This document shows, piece after piece, positions 39,471 through 49,791 of a stretch of DNA of 64,000 nt. The number at the start of each line of letters is the position of its first letter. The first letter of the stretch is position 1. Made by a program: the position numbers and the translations under genes. The notes below the pieces were generated by a model. That model made no database searches and was not told the DNA's origin. It saw only the letters and a list, made by a program, of their open reading frames with translations. The stretch lies in NCBI GenBank assembly GCA_031425235.1, contig JANPIZ010000004.1, positions 62 to 64,061 of the forward strand, written 5' to 3'. The DNA is from Candidatus Nomurabacteria bacterium. Its GTDB lineage: Bacteria; Patescibacteriota; Minisyncoccia; Phycocordibacterales; UBA9973.

Positions 39471-40238
39471 GTGTTAATAGACTTAACTCAATTCAATATC
39501 ACACGACCCGAGAAAATCAACTATGACTTTCCTATGTCCAATCCTGTCCACTTGATCGACTATGTAAAAAGTAAAAGCCTGCAAACCTTTTTTAAAAAAG
39601 CTGATGAAATTTTACTGAAAAATAAGATAACATGGGAATACAAAGACCTCAACGAGCATGAATATATAAAATGGCTACAATACTACACTGAGAAAATGAA
39701 AGAACTCGGGCATGATGTTCGAGCAACAAAGGAATGGTACCAAGAACAGCACAAGAAAGATGTAAACCTAAAAGGTTTGTTTTTCTATCAAAATCAAAAA
39801 ATGGTTGGAAGTGGTATTATCGGACTCAAAAATAATACTATTCATCTCGCCTACAAAGCGAGTGATCGCATCAAGCTTTCTTCAATATCAAACAGTAACT
39901 TGGGCTACTTGATTGAATTTTGGGCATTGCAACTACCTCTCACTGAAAAACCTTACACACGCCTCATTAGTATGTCGAGGAATGCATTTGGGTTTTATAA
40001 CACGCTTGGATACCTGGAATATAAATTTCAATTTGGCTTTACACCTCAAATCACTGAGGAGTCCGCTATGTTAGATAGTGTGCCAGTAAACGAAAGTAGT
40101 TTTGTGCTTTTTTATGGTATTCAAAATAAAGAACTCATACTATTTGCACTCATACCAGAACTGCAAAAAAATGTAGAATTATTTAATAAAACTCCATTTA
40201 TATCTCAAGCTATTCCTTTTAGAGAAATTTACTATTAA
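39471..40238 (+). CDS. Hypothetical protein (possibly acyltransferase-like fold)
   Basis: 255-aa ORF; no confident family. Confidence 0.3.
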   Translation: MLIDLTQFNITRPEKINYDFPMSNPVHLIDYVKSKSLQTFFKKADEILLKNKITWEYKDLNEHEYIKWLQYYTEKMKELGHDVRATKEWYQEQHKKDVNLKGLFFYQNQKMVGSGIIGLKNNTIHLAYKASDRIKLSSISNSNLGYLIEFWALQLPLTEKPYTRLISMSRNAFGFYNTLGYLEYKFQFGFTPQITEESAMLDSVPVNESSFVLFYGIQNKELILFALIPELQKNVELFNKTPFISQAIPFREIYY

Positions 40239-41011
40239 ACCTTGGTCAAAACTTCCGGCTCACCTTCGGTGATGAGGAGTGTGTGTTCGAAGTGAGCACT
40301 TCTTTTTCCATCAGCGGTATGGAATGTATACCCATCATTATCAAGCGTGACATGCTTTGTCCCGTTATTTAACATAGGCTCGATAGCTATGACCATCCCA
40401 GCCACCAGCTTGGCTCCTTTTCCTGGCTTTCCAAAATTTGGAATAAATGGATCTTCATGAATTTTCTTACCAACTCCATGCCCCGCCAATGCTTCTACGA
40501 TGCCGTATTTAGTGCCTTTACTGCTTCTCACAAAACTCTCAATCGCATGACCTATGTCACCCACCGTATTACCATTTTGTGCGGCAGCGATGCCCACCTG
40601 GAGAGCTTTCTCTGTCATTTTCATGAGCTTTATATCAGCACCACTTACTTTGCCTACGGGTACTGTCATAGCCATATCCGTAAAAAGCCCTTTATGTTTT
40701 ACTCCGAGATCTATCGATACGATATCGCCTTCTTGTAAAACCCGTTTTGCGTTTGGAATACCATGCACTACTTCATTGTTTACTGACACGCACAAAGTCG
40801 CCGGAAAAGGTATCCGGGCACCTTCAGGCTGATAATTTAAAAATGCTGGTTCGTCGCCCATGGCACGGATGAGTTTTTCAGCATATTGATCGAGTTCTTT
40901 TGTCGACACTCCAGGCGCCACCATATCCCGCACTTTGTAAAGTACTGTCGCTAAACGCTTACCACACTCTCGTAGTATTTGTATTTCTGCTGGTGTTTTT
41001 ATAATTATCAT
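40235..41011 (-). CDS. map: Methionine aminopeptidase, type I
   Basis: HGIP..GDIVSIDLG...GHGVGKKIHEDP...IEPML metal-ligand pattern of MetAP. Confidence 0.9.
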   Translation of the reverse strand: MIIIKTPAEIQILRECGKRLATVLYKVRDMVAPGVSTKELDQYAEKLIRAMGDEPAFLNYQPEGARIPFPATLCVSVNNEVVHGIPNAKRVLQEGDIVSIDLGVKHKGLFTDMAMTVPVGKVSGADIKLMKMTEKALQVGIAAAQNGNTVGDIGHAIESFVRSSKGTKYGIVEALAGHGVGKKIHEDPFIPNFGKPGKGAKLVAGMVIAIEPMLNNGTKHVTLDNDGYTFHTADGKRSAHFEHTLLITEGEPEVLTKV

Positions 41012-41017
41012 TTTATT

Positions 41018-41704
41018 TTAAGAGATGACCGTACCTTCAAATTTTTCTCCTTTCAAGCAGTTCCCTATATTTTCAATAGATTTACCGCTCATGGTCATTA
41101 CTGTAATACCTTCTTTTTCAGCAAATTCGGATGCGATAGGATCAAATGGGGTATTGAGACCTGGATCCCATTCTGTGGGGATCATTGCTCGATAGTTCTT
41201 CCAGGATATTTGCTCAATCTTTTCAGCATTTGGATTTTTCTTCGGATCGGAATCATATACATAATCAGTGTTCGATAAATTGATAACTTTCTTGGCACCG
41301 AGATTCTTTGCAGCTAAAAATGCATCAAAGTCTGAACTGTGTCCTGGCTCAAGAGCGCCACCAATGACCACAGGGCGTTCTAAAGAAAATGGCTCAGCTA
41401 AATTTTGTATTACTTTATTATGAGCATATTCACCAAAAACAACTCGCAAAAGTTCTGCATTTAAATTATTAGTAGCAATACCTATCCAATCAATATCATC
41501 TTTGGAAGCTTCTGGATTTAGTTCTTTACCAAATGCCTGATATTTTCTACATGTTTTCCCTCCGCCAGTGATGATTACAAATTTCTTGCCTTGCGCCACA
41601 AGTGAAATAATTAAATCTTTGAAAGATTTTAGAAATTGAGTATCTACTTCTTCTGGTACCATCAGAGCACCTCCAAGCGAGATTATAATTATTTCTTCAT
41701 TCAT
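41018..41704 (-). CDS. pyrH: UMP kinase, archaeal-type
   Basis: IIIISLGGALM...FVIITGGGKTCRKY...PGHSSDFDAFLAA...DPKKNPNAEKI parallels archaeal PyrH. Confidence 0.7.
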   Translation of the reverse strand: MNEEIIIISLGGALMVPEEVDTQFLKSFKDLIISLVAQGKKFVIITGGGKTCRKYQAFGKELNPEASKDDIDWIGIATNNLNAELLRVVFGEYAHNKVIQNLAEPFSLERPVVIGGALEPGHSSDFDAFLAAKNLGAKKVINLSNTDYVYDSDPKKNPNAEKIEQISWKNYRAMIPTEWDPGLNTPFDPIASEFAEKEGITVMTMSGKSIENIGNCLKGEKFEGTVIS

Positions 41705-41705
41705 A

Positions 41706-42308
41706 CTAAAAATTTAAAGCTTTAATAATATCCTTGTGTACATTTTCGACAGACTGCTCACCATTGATTGTGTATATCGTATACCCTGCCTCGCCTTTAA
41801 AATCATTCATGGCCGGTACGACGTTGTTCATGTACTCATCAAACCTCTTGCGCAGTCCTGCTTCTGTGTCATCCGATCTGCCTCGGAGGAGATTTCGCTT
41901 CATTGCTTCCGCTTCGCTCAATTGAATGTAAATTATCTTGATGTTTTCCCTTCTAAAGAAACGCATCATACTTTTTAAAACTTTTGACTGTTCTTCGGTT
42001 CGAGGATACCCGTCCAAAATGAGATTTTTCTCAGGAGTTATTTGTTCGCTTAAAATATTTGCGATGATAGAGTTTGCAAAAAAGTCATCAATGAGTTCAC
42101 CTTTATTCATCTTGTCTCGCAAGATTTCACCTGCATAGCTATTTGATTCGACAAGCTTGCGAAACCCTTCACCAGTACCACCATAGATTGTTTCCTTGGC
42201 ATCTTTGGTCTTCAAAAAATCAGTCAAAAGCTTGACCTGAGTACCCTTTCCAGAGCCCACTATGCCGAAAAATATAAAGGTTTGACCATTCATATTATCA
42301 GAATACAA
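41706..42308 (-). CDS. adk: Adenylate kinase
   Basis: P-loop FFGIVGSGKGTQ, LILDGYPRT, RGRSDDTEAGLRKR (LID Arg/Asp). Confidence 0.85.
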   Translation of the reverse strand: MYSDNMNGQTFIFFGIVGSGKGTQVKLLTDFLKTKDAKETIYGGTGEGFRKLVESNSYAGEILRDKMNKGELIDDFFANSIIANILSEQITPEKNLILDGYPRTEEQSKVLKSMMRFFRRENIKIIYIQLSEAEAMKRNLLRGRSDDTEAGLRKRFDEYMNNVVPAMNDFKGEAGYTIYTINGEQSVENVHKDIIKALNF

Positions 42309-42354
42309 GATTTAGCTTGAAAAATCAATGTTTTTATACTAGAATGACTTCACA

Positions 42355-42945
42355 ATGAAAAGACTTGGATTTAACATAGTAATGCTTGGGATGATAGCAT
42401 CTGGTAAAGAAACTCAGGCAAATATCTTAAAAAGTAAGTACGCACTCAAGTTTGTTGAAACTGGTGTGTATTCTAGGAAGCTATTAAAGGAAAAAAGTAA
42501 AAATGGTGACTTGGCGAGACGCACTGTCGGACTAGGAGCTCCTTTACCTACAAGCTTACTAAAGAAGTTTCTTGTTGAAGAAATAAATAACAGACCAAAA
42601 AATAAGGATTTGCTCTTTTTGGGTGGCAGATTAAAACCTGAGGCAGAATTTCTAAAAAAACTCCTAGATAAAAAACATGAACATATTCTTGCTTTCTATG
42701 TAAGTCTGCCAGACAAGGAAGTATACAAACGATCTCTGGGTAGAAGTACAGGAAATATGAAAGAAATTTATAAAGTCCTCGATACAAAAAAGATAATCGC
42801 AAAGAGAATAAAATGGCACAAAGATGAAATAGAAAAGAAGACTGTAAAATTCTACCAAAAGTTTGGTATTATGTACATAATAAACGGCAACCAACCAATA
42901 CCTAAAGTAACAAAAGACATTCTAAAGGCTATCGAAACCTACTAG
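42355..42945 (+). CDS. Divergent adenylate kinase / NMP kinase family protein
   Basis: P-loop VMLGMIASGKETQ; remainder diverged. Confidence 0.5.
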   Translation: MKRLGFNIVMLGMIASGKETQANILKSKYALKFVETGVYSRKLLKEKSKNGDLARRTVGLGAPLPTSLLKKFLVEEINNRPKNKDLLFLGGRLKPEAEFLKKLLDKKHEHILAFYVSLPDKEVYKRSLGRSTGNMKEIYKVLDTKKIIAKRIKWHKDEIEKKTVKFYQKFGIMYIINGNQPIPKVTKDILKAIETY

Positions 42946-43010
42946 AACAAAAACAACCTCGAAGAGGTTGTTAATATTATTCTAACAGAATATAAGAAGT
43001 GGTTAGAAAA

Positions 43011-43796
43011 TTAAGATTCTATTGTGAATTTAGAAAGGTCTTCTTTTAGCATTTTTCTGTTCAGCCTGTGATAAGATTCCAATTGAGAATCATGAATGTA
43101 ATTTAACACAAGATCATTAGGTATTCTTAAATCTTTAAAAAGCTTTTTTGTTCTGTGCAACATCCAGGCATTCGCATCTCGCTCGCGCTGTAGTTCATAT
43201 GCGTTCATTTTTAAAGGCTCAGTTTTTATACCTTCATGGCTAATTCTTGTCTTTATATTTCCTTTTTTGTCTTTTGAAGGGCTTTCTATGTGTCCTGATT
43301 CATGGAAAAAAGTTAGAAAATTAAGCGGCTTAGAAAAAAACCCAACATCATCAATAATAAAAATCCGCCCATCTACAAAATCAGCTAAAGAGTATGATAA
43401 TTCAAAACTATTTGAACTTTTCAAGTTAGGTATCCAAAAAATAGACCCGTAAGGATTTTGTTTGTGATTTTCTTTTGTATCAGAAAAATTATCTGTTTTT
43501 ATTTTCAAATTTCTAATTTCAAAAATAGGATGAAAATCTCCGTCGACTCCGTGGCCTAAATAGCTTCTATATATCTGATAGCAGGTATCAAAAGAACGCT
43601 CTGTCACATCTATAAGGTCATATGTAATTTTTAAGCCATTTTTTCCTTCAAATTCATAATGTCCTTCTGATAATTTTTTAGGTACATCAAAAAGTTTTTC
43701 CTTTAAAGGAGTTAGGTCTGCCTTTTTTACTTTTTCTTCTGGTGGCACTCGTTTATCAAGATATTGTCGAGCACTATCCTCTGTTTCAAATTTCAT
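43011..43796 (-). CDS. Hypothetical protein with HExxH motif (putative zinc metallopeptidase)
   Basis: FFHESGH within a 261-aa ORF; no specific family assigned. Confidence 0.35.
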   Translation of the reverse strand: MKFETEDSARQYLDKRVPPEEKVKKADLTPLKEKLFDVPKKLSEGHYEFEGKNGLKITYDLIDVTERSFDTCYQIYRSYLGHGVDGDFHPIFEIRNLKIKTDNFSDTKENHKQNPYGSIFWIPNLKSSNSFELSYSLADFVDGRIFIIDDVGFFSKPLNFLTFFHESGHIESPSKDKKGNIKTRISHEGIKTEPLKMNAYELQRERDANAWMLHRTKKLFKDLRIPNDLVLNYIHDSQLESYHRLNRKMLKEDLSKFTIES

Positions 43797-43826
43797 ATTG
43801 TAATTATATCACCTTATAAATAAAGC

Positions 43827-43853
43827 AAAAACCCCCTTTTAAGGGGGTTTTTG
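43827..43853 (-). terminator. Rho-independent terminator downstream of secY (aaaaaccccctttt aagggggttttt)
   Basis: GC hairpin flanked by A and T runs. Confidence 0.75.
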
Positions 43854-43866
43854 AAACTAAATAAAA

Positions 43867-45141
43867 TTAGTATTCTCGCATTGAGACTTGAGCATCTACT
43901 TTCTTTATAAGATCAAGAACTACAGAGACAACGATAAGTATTGATGTACCTCCGAGCGCGAGTGATGCAATACCTGTGATATATTGCATGATAATCGGTA
44001 GCACAGCAATAAAGCCTAAGAATAGTGCGCCAACGAGTGTAATGCGTGTGAGCACGTGTGAAATGTAATTTGCAGTAGACACACCTGGTCGAACGCCTGG
44101 AATAAACCCACCATTTTTCTGTAAGTTCGTCGAAAGTGCATCAGGGTCAAATGTCACCGCTGTGTAGAAGTATGTGAAAAGAAACACAAGTATAAAGTAT
44201 AGTACTGCGTAAAGCACTGAAGTATTAGTGAACGACAATAGCACACTGGAAATTTTTGTAATGATGGCATTACTACCAAATCGTGTAAGCACCGTACCGA
44301 TCATCTGTGGAAATGAGAGGATCGCCAAACCGAATATGATAGGCATGACTCCTGCTTGGTTCACGCGAAGTGGTAAGTATGTGGATCCGCCACCATACAT
44401 CTTCATGCCGCGGACGCGTTTTGCGTATGTAACGGGTATGGGGCGTTCGGCTTCGGTAACCAACACAATAGCAGCAATAACGATAAGCCCGGCAACGAGG
44501 AATCCTATATAAAGCGGAAGCTGAGATACATCAAAGGTAAAAGCGAGTTGTGAAACCTGAGCAGGAAGTTGAGAAACAATGCCGGCAAAAATGATAAGCG
44601 ACACACCATTTCCAATACCAAATTCGGATATAAGCTCACCTAACCACATAAGGAATACAGAACCCGCGATAACGATAAATAAGTTCACTATTCGGTCGAA
44701 TCCAGTTAGGTTCACCAAAATACCCTGACTTTCAAGAATTGAAAGTAAAGCAAAACCTTGGATCGCTGCAAGTGGCACAGTAAGCATTCGTGAATATTGA
44801 GTAAATCGTTTTCGTCCCGCTTCACCTTCTTCGTGGTAAATACGCTTGAGGGCTGGAACCATGATAGTAAGCAACTGCATAATAATAGAAGCAGTAATAT
44901 ACGGACCCACACCTAGCATGATAATGGAAAGGTTCGTAAGCCCACCTCCTGAAAAGATATTTAAGATTCCGAGAAATTGGTTATTGGAAAGGAACCTGGT
45001 AAGTGCAAGGTTATCAATACCCGGTATTGGAATAGCCGCAAAAAGCCTAAATACTATTAAGGCGATTAAAACAAACAGCACCTTGTTCCGCAAGGATTTG
45101 TCTGTCCACACTAATTTTAATTTATTTAAAAAATTTGTCAT
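43867..45141 (-). CDS. secY: Preprotein translocase subunit SecY
   Basis: 424 aa, 10 TM; conserved SecY signatures (GNGVSLIIFAGI). Confidence 0.95.
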   Translation of the reverse strand: MTNFLNKLKLVWTDKSLRNKVLFVLIALIVFRLFAAIPIPGIDNLALTRFLSNNQFLGILNIFSGGGLTNLSIIMLGVGPYITASIIMQLLTIMVPALKRIYHEEGEAGRKRFTQYSRMLTVPLAAIQGFALLSILESQGILVNLTGFDRIVNLFIVIAGSVFLMWLGELISEFGIGNGVSLIIFAGIVSQLPAQVSQLAFTFDVSQLPLYIGFLVAGLIVIAAIVLVTEAERPIPVTYAKRVRGMKMYGGGSTYLPLRVNQAGVMPIIFGLAILSFPQMIGTVLTRFGSNAIITKISSVLLSFTNTSVLYAVLYFILVFLFTYFYTAVTFDPDALSTNLQKNGGFIPGVRPGVSTANYISHVLTRITLVGALFLGFIAVLPIIMQYITGIASLALGGTSILIVVSVVLDLIKKVDAQVSMREY

Positions 45142-45148
45142 AGAAGTT

Positions 45149-45448
45149 TTACTTAATTATTATCTTCCTCCCTTTCACGTTGAGGCGCTTTCGTATTTCA
45201 GAGAATTTTTCACCTTTAGTAGTTTTGTCCGTTGCAAGCACATATGGCTTCTTTTTAGATTTAAAACTATACCCGCGATTTTTGGGCAACTTCTTGATTA
45301 TATCACGAAGCTCTGGTCGGCGTTTGTTACCTGCACGAGCTGTCTGCCCCTTGCCTCCACGGCCTGAAGTTTTCGCATGCTTGCCTCCACGGCCGACCAT
45401 ACGATCTTTTTTATTTTTATGACTTCTTTTTAGTTGATGTATTTGCAT
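45149..45448 (-). CDS. rplO: 50S ribosomal protein L15 (short, 99 aa)
   Basis: RMVGRGGKHAKTSGRGGKGQTARAG Gly/Arg-rich L15 N-terminal region; position between rpsE and secY. Confidence 0.65.
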   Translation of the reverse strand: MQIHQLKRSHKNKKDRMVGRGGKHAKTSGRGGKGQTARAGNKRRPELRDIIKKLPKNRGYSFKSKKKPYVLATDKTTKGEKFSEIRKRLNVKGRKIIIK

Positions 45449-45463
45449 ATGTGTAAAGTAAAA

Positions 45464-46033
45464 TTATTTCACTACTACTTCTTCTTTTTTTACTGATGGC
45501 CCACTTATACTCAGTGAAGCTGGTTTTACTACCTTTGTATATTTAGAAGAAATCATTCCAAATGCTTTCATAACTGCCTTTGCGTTGTTTAATTTGTTCT
45601 TGCTGTTAGACTGTATCTTACCAGTGATGTCTTTCACGCCAGCAAGCTTGATGATATCCCGAAGGACTGAACCAGCTACAAGTCCACGGCCTTTGTTTGG
45701 CATTATTACTACGCATGAGCTAGAGAATTTTGCAGAAAGCTCGTGAGGGATAGACATAGTTTTGGTCAGATTAAGTTTAATCATGTTTTTCTTTGCACCA
45801 AGAACAGCCTTATTGATAGCGAGGGCTGTATCCCCTGCCTTACCGAGCCCGAATCCGATAGCACCTTTGCGGTCACCGGCTACAAGAGCAACAGAGAAAG
45901 AGAATCTTCGTCCTCCTCCAGTCACACGAGTCACGCGACGGATGTCGATGATCTTTTGATCAAATTCTGGCTTCGGTCGTCCAAATGAAGAGCCTCTCCG
46001 TGTATTATTTCTTTTGTCGTTTGGTTTATCCAT
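45464..46033 (-). CDS. rpsE: 30S ribosomal protein S5
   Basis: VTRVTGGGRRFSFSVALVAGDRKGAIGFGLGKA. Confidence 0.9.
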   Translation of the reverse strand: MDKPNDKRNNTRRGSSFGRPKPEFDQKIIDIRRVTRVTGGGRRFSFSVALVAGDRKGAIGFGLGKAGDTALAINKAVLGAKKNMIKLNLTKTMSIPHELSAKFSSSCVVIMPNKGRGLVAGSVLRDIIKLAGVKDITGKIQSNSKNKLNNAKAVMKAFGMISSKYTKVVKPASLSISGPSVKKEEVVVK

Positions 46034-46039
46034 AATAGT

Positions 46040-46381
46040 TTAAAATGTAAGGCCAGCTTTTCGAGCTTCGTCCGCTAATAATTTGACTCGTCCAGTATAT
46101 TTAAATCCGTTTCGATCAAATACAACTGACTTGATATTTGCCTTTGAACAAAGTTCTCCGATTAGCTTTCCGATTTCTTTTGCTCTTTCATTTTTTGTTC
46201 CTTTTGTCACCTTGACATCGCTTGCGGCCGCAAGCGTTTTACTTGTTGTGTCGTCAATTACTTGTGCATAGATGAATTTATTAGAACGAAATACACTGAG
46301 ACGGGGGGTCGCAGATGTGCCATTTATCTTCACTCGGATTCTTTTCTTGAGTCGTATTCTTTTGTCTTGTTTTGTTTGCAT
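46040..46381 (-). CDS. rplR: 50S ribosomal protein L18
   Basis: [18 protein letters not shown]. Confidence 0.9.
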   Translation of the reverse strand: MQTKQDKRIRLKKRIRVKINGTSATPRLSVFRSNKFIYAQVIDDTTSKTLAAASDVKVTKGTKNERAKEIGKLIGELCSKANIKSVVFDRNGFKYTGRVKLLADEARKAGLTF

Positions 46382-46405
46382 ATATTTTCTAAAACCTATC
46401 TATCG

Positions 46406-46939
46406 CTATACAGTCTTTTTACCTTGCTTACGTCTGATAACTTCACCTTCATAACGCATACCTTTACCTTTATATGGTTCTGGCTTCTTCTTCGCGCGCA
46501 GCTGTGCAGTCCATGCACCCACTAATTCCTTGTCGATGCCTATAACAGTTATATTGTTCTTTTCAGTAGTGACAGTGAGTCCATCAGGAATAGGCACAAT
46601 AACAGGATGAGAAAAGCCGAGCGCAAGATGAATCTCTTTTCCTTTCACTTCTGACTTGAATCCAATACCTTCAAGAATCAACTTCTTTTGGAATGGAGTT
46701 TCCACCCCAGCAATCATGTTTTTTAAATGTGACGCGTATGTCCCCCATAGAGATTTTGAAAATTTATCGTTTCTTTTTAAATTTAAAGTTATAGTATCTT
46801 CGGCGATTTTTATATCGATATCGTCGCGAAATATTTTAGTGAGTGTCCCCTTTGAACCAACCACAGTAACAACGTCACCTGTATGACTTACTTTTACTCC
46901 ATTCGGTATTTGTATTTCTTGTTTACCAATTCTTGACAT
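46406..46939 (-). CDS. rplF: 50S ribosomal protein L6
   Basis: MSRIGKQEIQIPNGVKV...two-domain L6. Confidence 0.9.
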   Translation of the reverse strand: MSRIGKQEIQIPNGVKVSHTGDVVTVVGSKGTLTKIFRDDIDIKIAEDTITLNLKRNDKFSKSLWGTYASHLKNMIAGVETPFQKKLILEGIGFKSEVKGKEIHLALGFSHPVIVPIPDGLTVTTEKNNITVIGIDKELVGAWTAQLRAKKKPEPYKGKGMRYEGEVIRRKQGKKTV

Positions 46940-46971
46940 ATGTTTATATTATTTATAGTGAGCTTGTCGAA

Positions 46972-47358
46972 CTACCAAAGTCTGAATAATGCTTCACCTC
47001 CGACTTGTTCTTTGCGAGCATTGTTGCCTGATAAAATTCCCTTTGGGGTAGAAAGTACCAATAAACCTGAACCATTACGGACTCGATGGATATCTTTCAC
47101 TCCAAAATATACACGACGAGATTGTTTTGACACTCGTTCCACTTGGCTGATTTTTGGCTTCTTGTCTATATACACTAATTCAACCTCAAGTGTTGGAAAA
47201 CCCTTCTTTATTTTCTTAGAAACTTGCTTCACATAGCCTTCTTTTTTCAAACAGTCAGCGATAGAATGTTTTAATTTGGAATATGGAAAAGAAACAGCTT
47301 CCTTGCCTGCAAGTGAACCGTTTTTCATCATTATTAACATGTTTGAAATTGAATCCAT
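46972..47358 (-). CDS. rpsH: 30S ribosomal protein S8
   Basis: MDSISNMLIMMKNG...conserved S8. Confidence 0.9.
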   Translation of the reverse strand: MDSISNMLIMMKNGSLAGKEAVSFPYSKLKHSIADCLKKEGYVKQVSKKIKKGFPTLEVELVYIDKKPKISQVERVSKQSRRVYFGVKDIHRVRNGSGLLVLSTPKGILSGNNARKEQVGGEALFRLW

Positions 47359-47367
47359 AATTTTTTA

Positions 47368-47553
47368 TTACCAGCTTGATTTACGAACACCTGGAAGCAT
47401 TCCTTCGTTTGCTAATTCACGAAAACAAATACGACAAAGCCCGAAATCTCTCATGAAGGCATTCCCTCGGCCACATCGAAAACATCGGTTTTTCTGCCGT
47501 GTGCTAAACTTTGGTTTTCTTTGACTTCGTACAATGACTGATGTTTTTGCCAT
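47368..47553 (-). CDS. rpsN: 30S ribosomal protein S14 type Z (zinc-binding)
   Basis: 61 aa; [25 protein letters not shown] CxxC...CxxC. Confidence 0.9.
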   Translation of the reverse strand: MAKTSVIVRSQRKPKFSTRQKNRCFRCGRGNAFMRDFGLCRICFRELANEGMLPGVRKSSW

Positions 47554-47764
47554 AAAATTAAGGAATGCTAATGACTATAATTTTTGAGCATCCCGCTTGT
47601 AGGATGCCATACCTAATTAACTCGGGAGTGCTTTGTTAATATCGTACTTATTTTTCTTTAAGCCTTATAAAATATAAGAATTAAAGGAGAAAAGTAGATT
47701 AATCAAAGCCATATTCCCTTAGGGATATACTAGCAGATTATCCATATTTAGTCAAGTATAAAAA

Positions 47765-48160
47765 CTACCTGTTTGATGACATACTTTGCTTAATTTGTTG
47801 TAATAGATCATCTGAAACCTGGCGTGATTTGGATTTATAATTTCCTACGAAAAATAAATAGAACGATACTCCGATCGCTAAAACTGCAAATCCCAAAAGT
47901 ATATATTCTGCGTGTTTTTGTTTCTTTATTATTCCACCAGATAACCTCATCACAACTGTCGCCATTCTAGAATTTTCTGAATTCTTTAAAGCTATTGGTT
48001 CTTTTGGTGTTTGTATAGATTGGTAATCTTCCTCGAACGTCTGAACCAATTCAGATATTTCCGAATTTTTAGAACTTGGTGTGATACTAATTGCTTTTTC
48101 TTTGAGTGCTTGTTCTATCTCGCTGAGTTTTGGGGCTTGGATTTTATTATCTGGAGACAT
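47765..48160 (-). CDS. Hypothetical single-TM protein (paralog of 49792-50235)
   Basis: Shared SGGIIKxxKHAEYxL + TM helix motif with the other copy. Confidence 0.4.
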   Translation of the reverse strand: MSPDNKIQAPKLSEIEQALKEKAISITPSSKNSEISELVQTFEEDYQSIQTPKEPIALKNSENSRMATVVMRLSGGIIKKQKHAEYILLGFAVLAIGVSFYLFFVGNYKSKSRQVSDDLLQQIKQSMSSNR

Positions 48161-48230
48161 AGAGATATTACATTAATAAATTAGATTTTATTAATCCCTA
48201 TTATATATTGTTTTAGTGGTTTTTAAAAGA

Positions 48231-48974
48231 TCATTTTTTTGATGGTTCTATTCCAAGTCTTTTACAAGACTCTGAATCCCCTCCGTTGCATTTTTCCAAC
48301 AAATTTGCCAACTCGTTACATGAATTTTCATCTCCTTCATTGCATTGTGTCCACATAGTGCATGCATCTATGGCGTATGGGCAGACACTTCCGGTTGGCA
48401 ATCTAAAACCAAATCCAAAAACCCCAGATTTTTCTTCCAATTGCGATGCATAAATACTAAAAACTTGCCCAGACGCGCTGGCTTCGCTTGGATCAATCCC
48501 TTGATCAGTTAAATATGCATTTACTGCGGCAGGTGCTTGATATACATATTCAAAATCTGGATTACTTTGAGCATATGCTTTTGATATCAAGGTCACACTT
48601 GCTGTACAACTAGGACAAGGATCACTAGGTAAAACAGCCAGATAAGGCTGTAATTGGGTGGCTAGAATTTCCCAGTTAGCGAGTCCTTGTCCAGTAGAGG
48701 CAAAACAGGACGGATCATATGTACTTATATCTGCGCACGAGGGATTGCCTAGGTCTGGGGGCAACCCATTATGGTCACTTTGATATAAAGCTATAGCAGT
48801 ATTTATTTGTTGTATGTCTTGAAATCGCTTAGCATCTCGAGCTTTCCCACGAGCTGAATCTAGGCTAGCAAATATTATTGTGGATAAAAGACTTACAATG
48901 GCAACTACAACTAAAAGTTCTATTAGTGTAAAACCTTTATTTTTACTAATATATGTATTATTTAAAATATCCAT
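48231..48974 (-). CDS. Type IV pilin-like protein (prepilin, Cys-rich C-terminal domain)
   Basis: N-terminal KGFTLIELLVVVAIVSLL class III signal / prepilin N-methylation motif. Confidence 0.85.
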   Translation of the reverse strand: MDILNNTYISKNKGFTLIELLVVVAIVSLLSTIIFASLDSARGKARDAKRFQDIQQINTAIALYQSDHNGLPPDLGNPSCADISTYDPSCFASTGQGLANWEILATQLQPYLAVLPSDPCPSCTASVTLISKAYAQSNPDFEYVYQAPAAVNAYLTDQGIDPSEASASGQVFSIYASQLEEKSGVFGFGFRLPTGSVCPYAIDACTMWTQCNEGDENSCNELANLLEKCNGGDSESCKRLGIEPSKK

Positions 48975-48978
48975 AACA

Positions 48979-49218
48979 CTAAGGCTTTAAAGAATTAATA
49001 TTATTTTGTACCTTTGGCAGCAAATTACTATGCATATTATTTGTTATCTGCATTTTTTTATATCTCCCAATTGTATGTGAAAGATAGTCGTTCATAAAAA
49101 ATACTACTAAAGCCATCAAGACTGCACCTAGAAAAATATCTGAAATACTGTAATAAATTAAAATTTTACCCTTCTCTTTAGTGCTATTTAAATGCTTTTT
49201 ATGTCTAAATTTAATCAT
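48979..49218 (-). CDS. Small membrane protein
   Basis: 79 aa with one TM helix. Confidence 0.3.
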   Translation of the reverse strand: MIKFRHKKHLNSTKEKGKILIYYSISDIFLGAVLMALVVFFMNDYLSHTIGRYKKMQITNNMHSNLLPKVQNNINSLKP

Positions 49219-49259
49219 ATTTAAATTATACCTGAAAATAAATTCTATAGCCCCTTTTC

Positions 49260-49790
49260 CTATGGATTACTGTAACATCCCGGCTGAGACCATATTAGTT
49301 CGTTTGAAGTAGTAGTATCAGAAACAGCCCCACTACTACCAAGGCAAAGATAAGCATCCTTATAAGGCAACCCAACTATAATAGAGTAACTTTGAATTGA
49401 AGGACTGGAGCCATGACCCAAGTAAAACTTAGTAGCCCCGGTTGAGTTCCATGTGGGCATAGAACTATTGGCAACTATCGCATTACATATTGATCTTGCC
49501 TGAGAAACAAAAGCTGTATTTGTCGAAGTAAATGTCAAACTATTGCAGGAGGCAGTGTCGTTTGCCCATGCCCATGTTTGTAATCCATAATATGACCCTG
49601 ACTCATTATATTCTTGTTCTAATAGATTACGCATTTGAGTAGCTTGCTCTCTGAGGAACGCGTCCTTACTTTTTTTTCGTGCTGTATTTAAGCTTGAAAG
49701 CACAATACTTGATAACAAGCCAATAATTGCAACAACTACCAAAAGTTCAATAAGTGTAAATCCTCTATTTTGATTTGAGCTTTTATTCAT
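49260..49790 (-). CDS. Type IV pilin (PilA-like)
   Basis: N-terminal RGFTLIELLVVVAIIGLLSSIVL prepilin motif; ~150-aa globular domain with Cys pair. Confidence 0.85.
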   Translation of the reverse strand: MNKSSNQNRGFTLIELLVVVAIIGLLSSIVLSSLNTARKKSKDAFLREQATQMRNLLEQEYNESGSYYGLQTWAWANDTASCNSLTFTSTNTAFVSQARSICNAIVANSSMPTWNSTGATKFYLGHGSSPSIQSYSIIVGLPYKDAYLCLGSSGAVSDTTTSNELIWSQPGCYSNP

Positions 49791-49791
49791 A

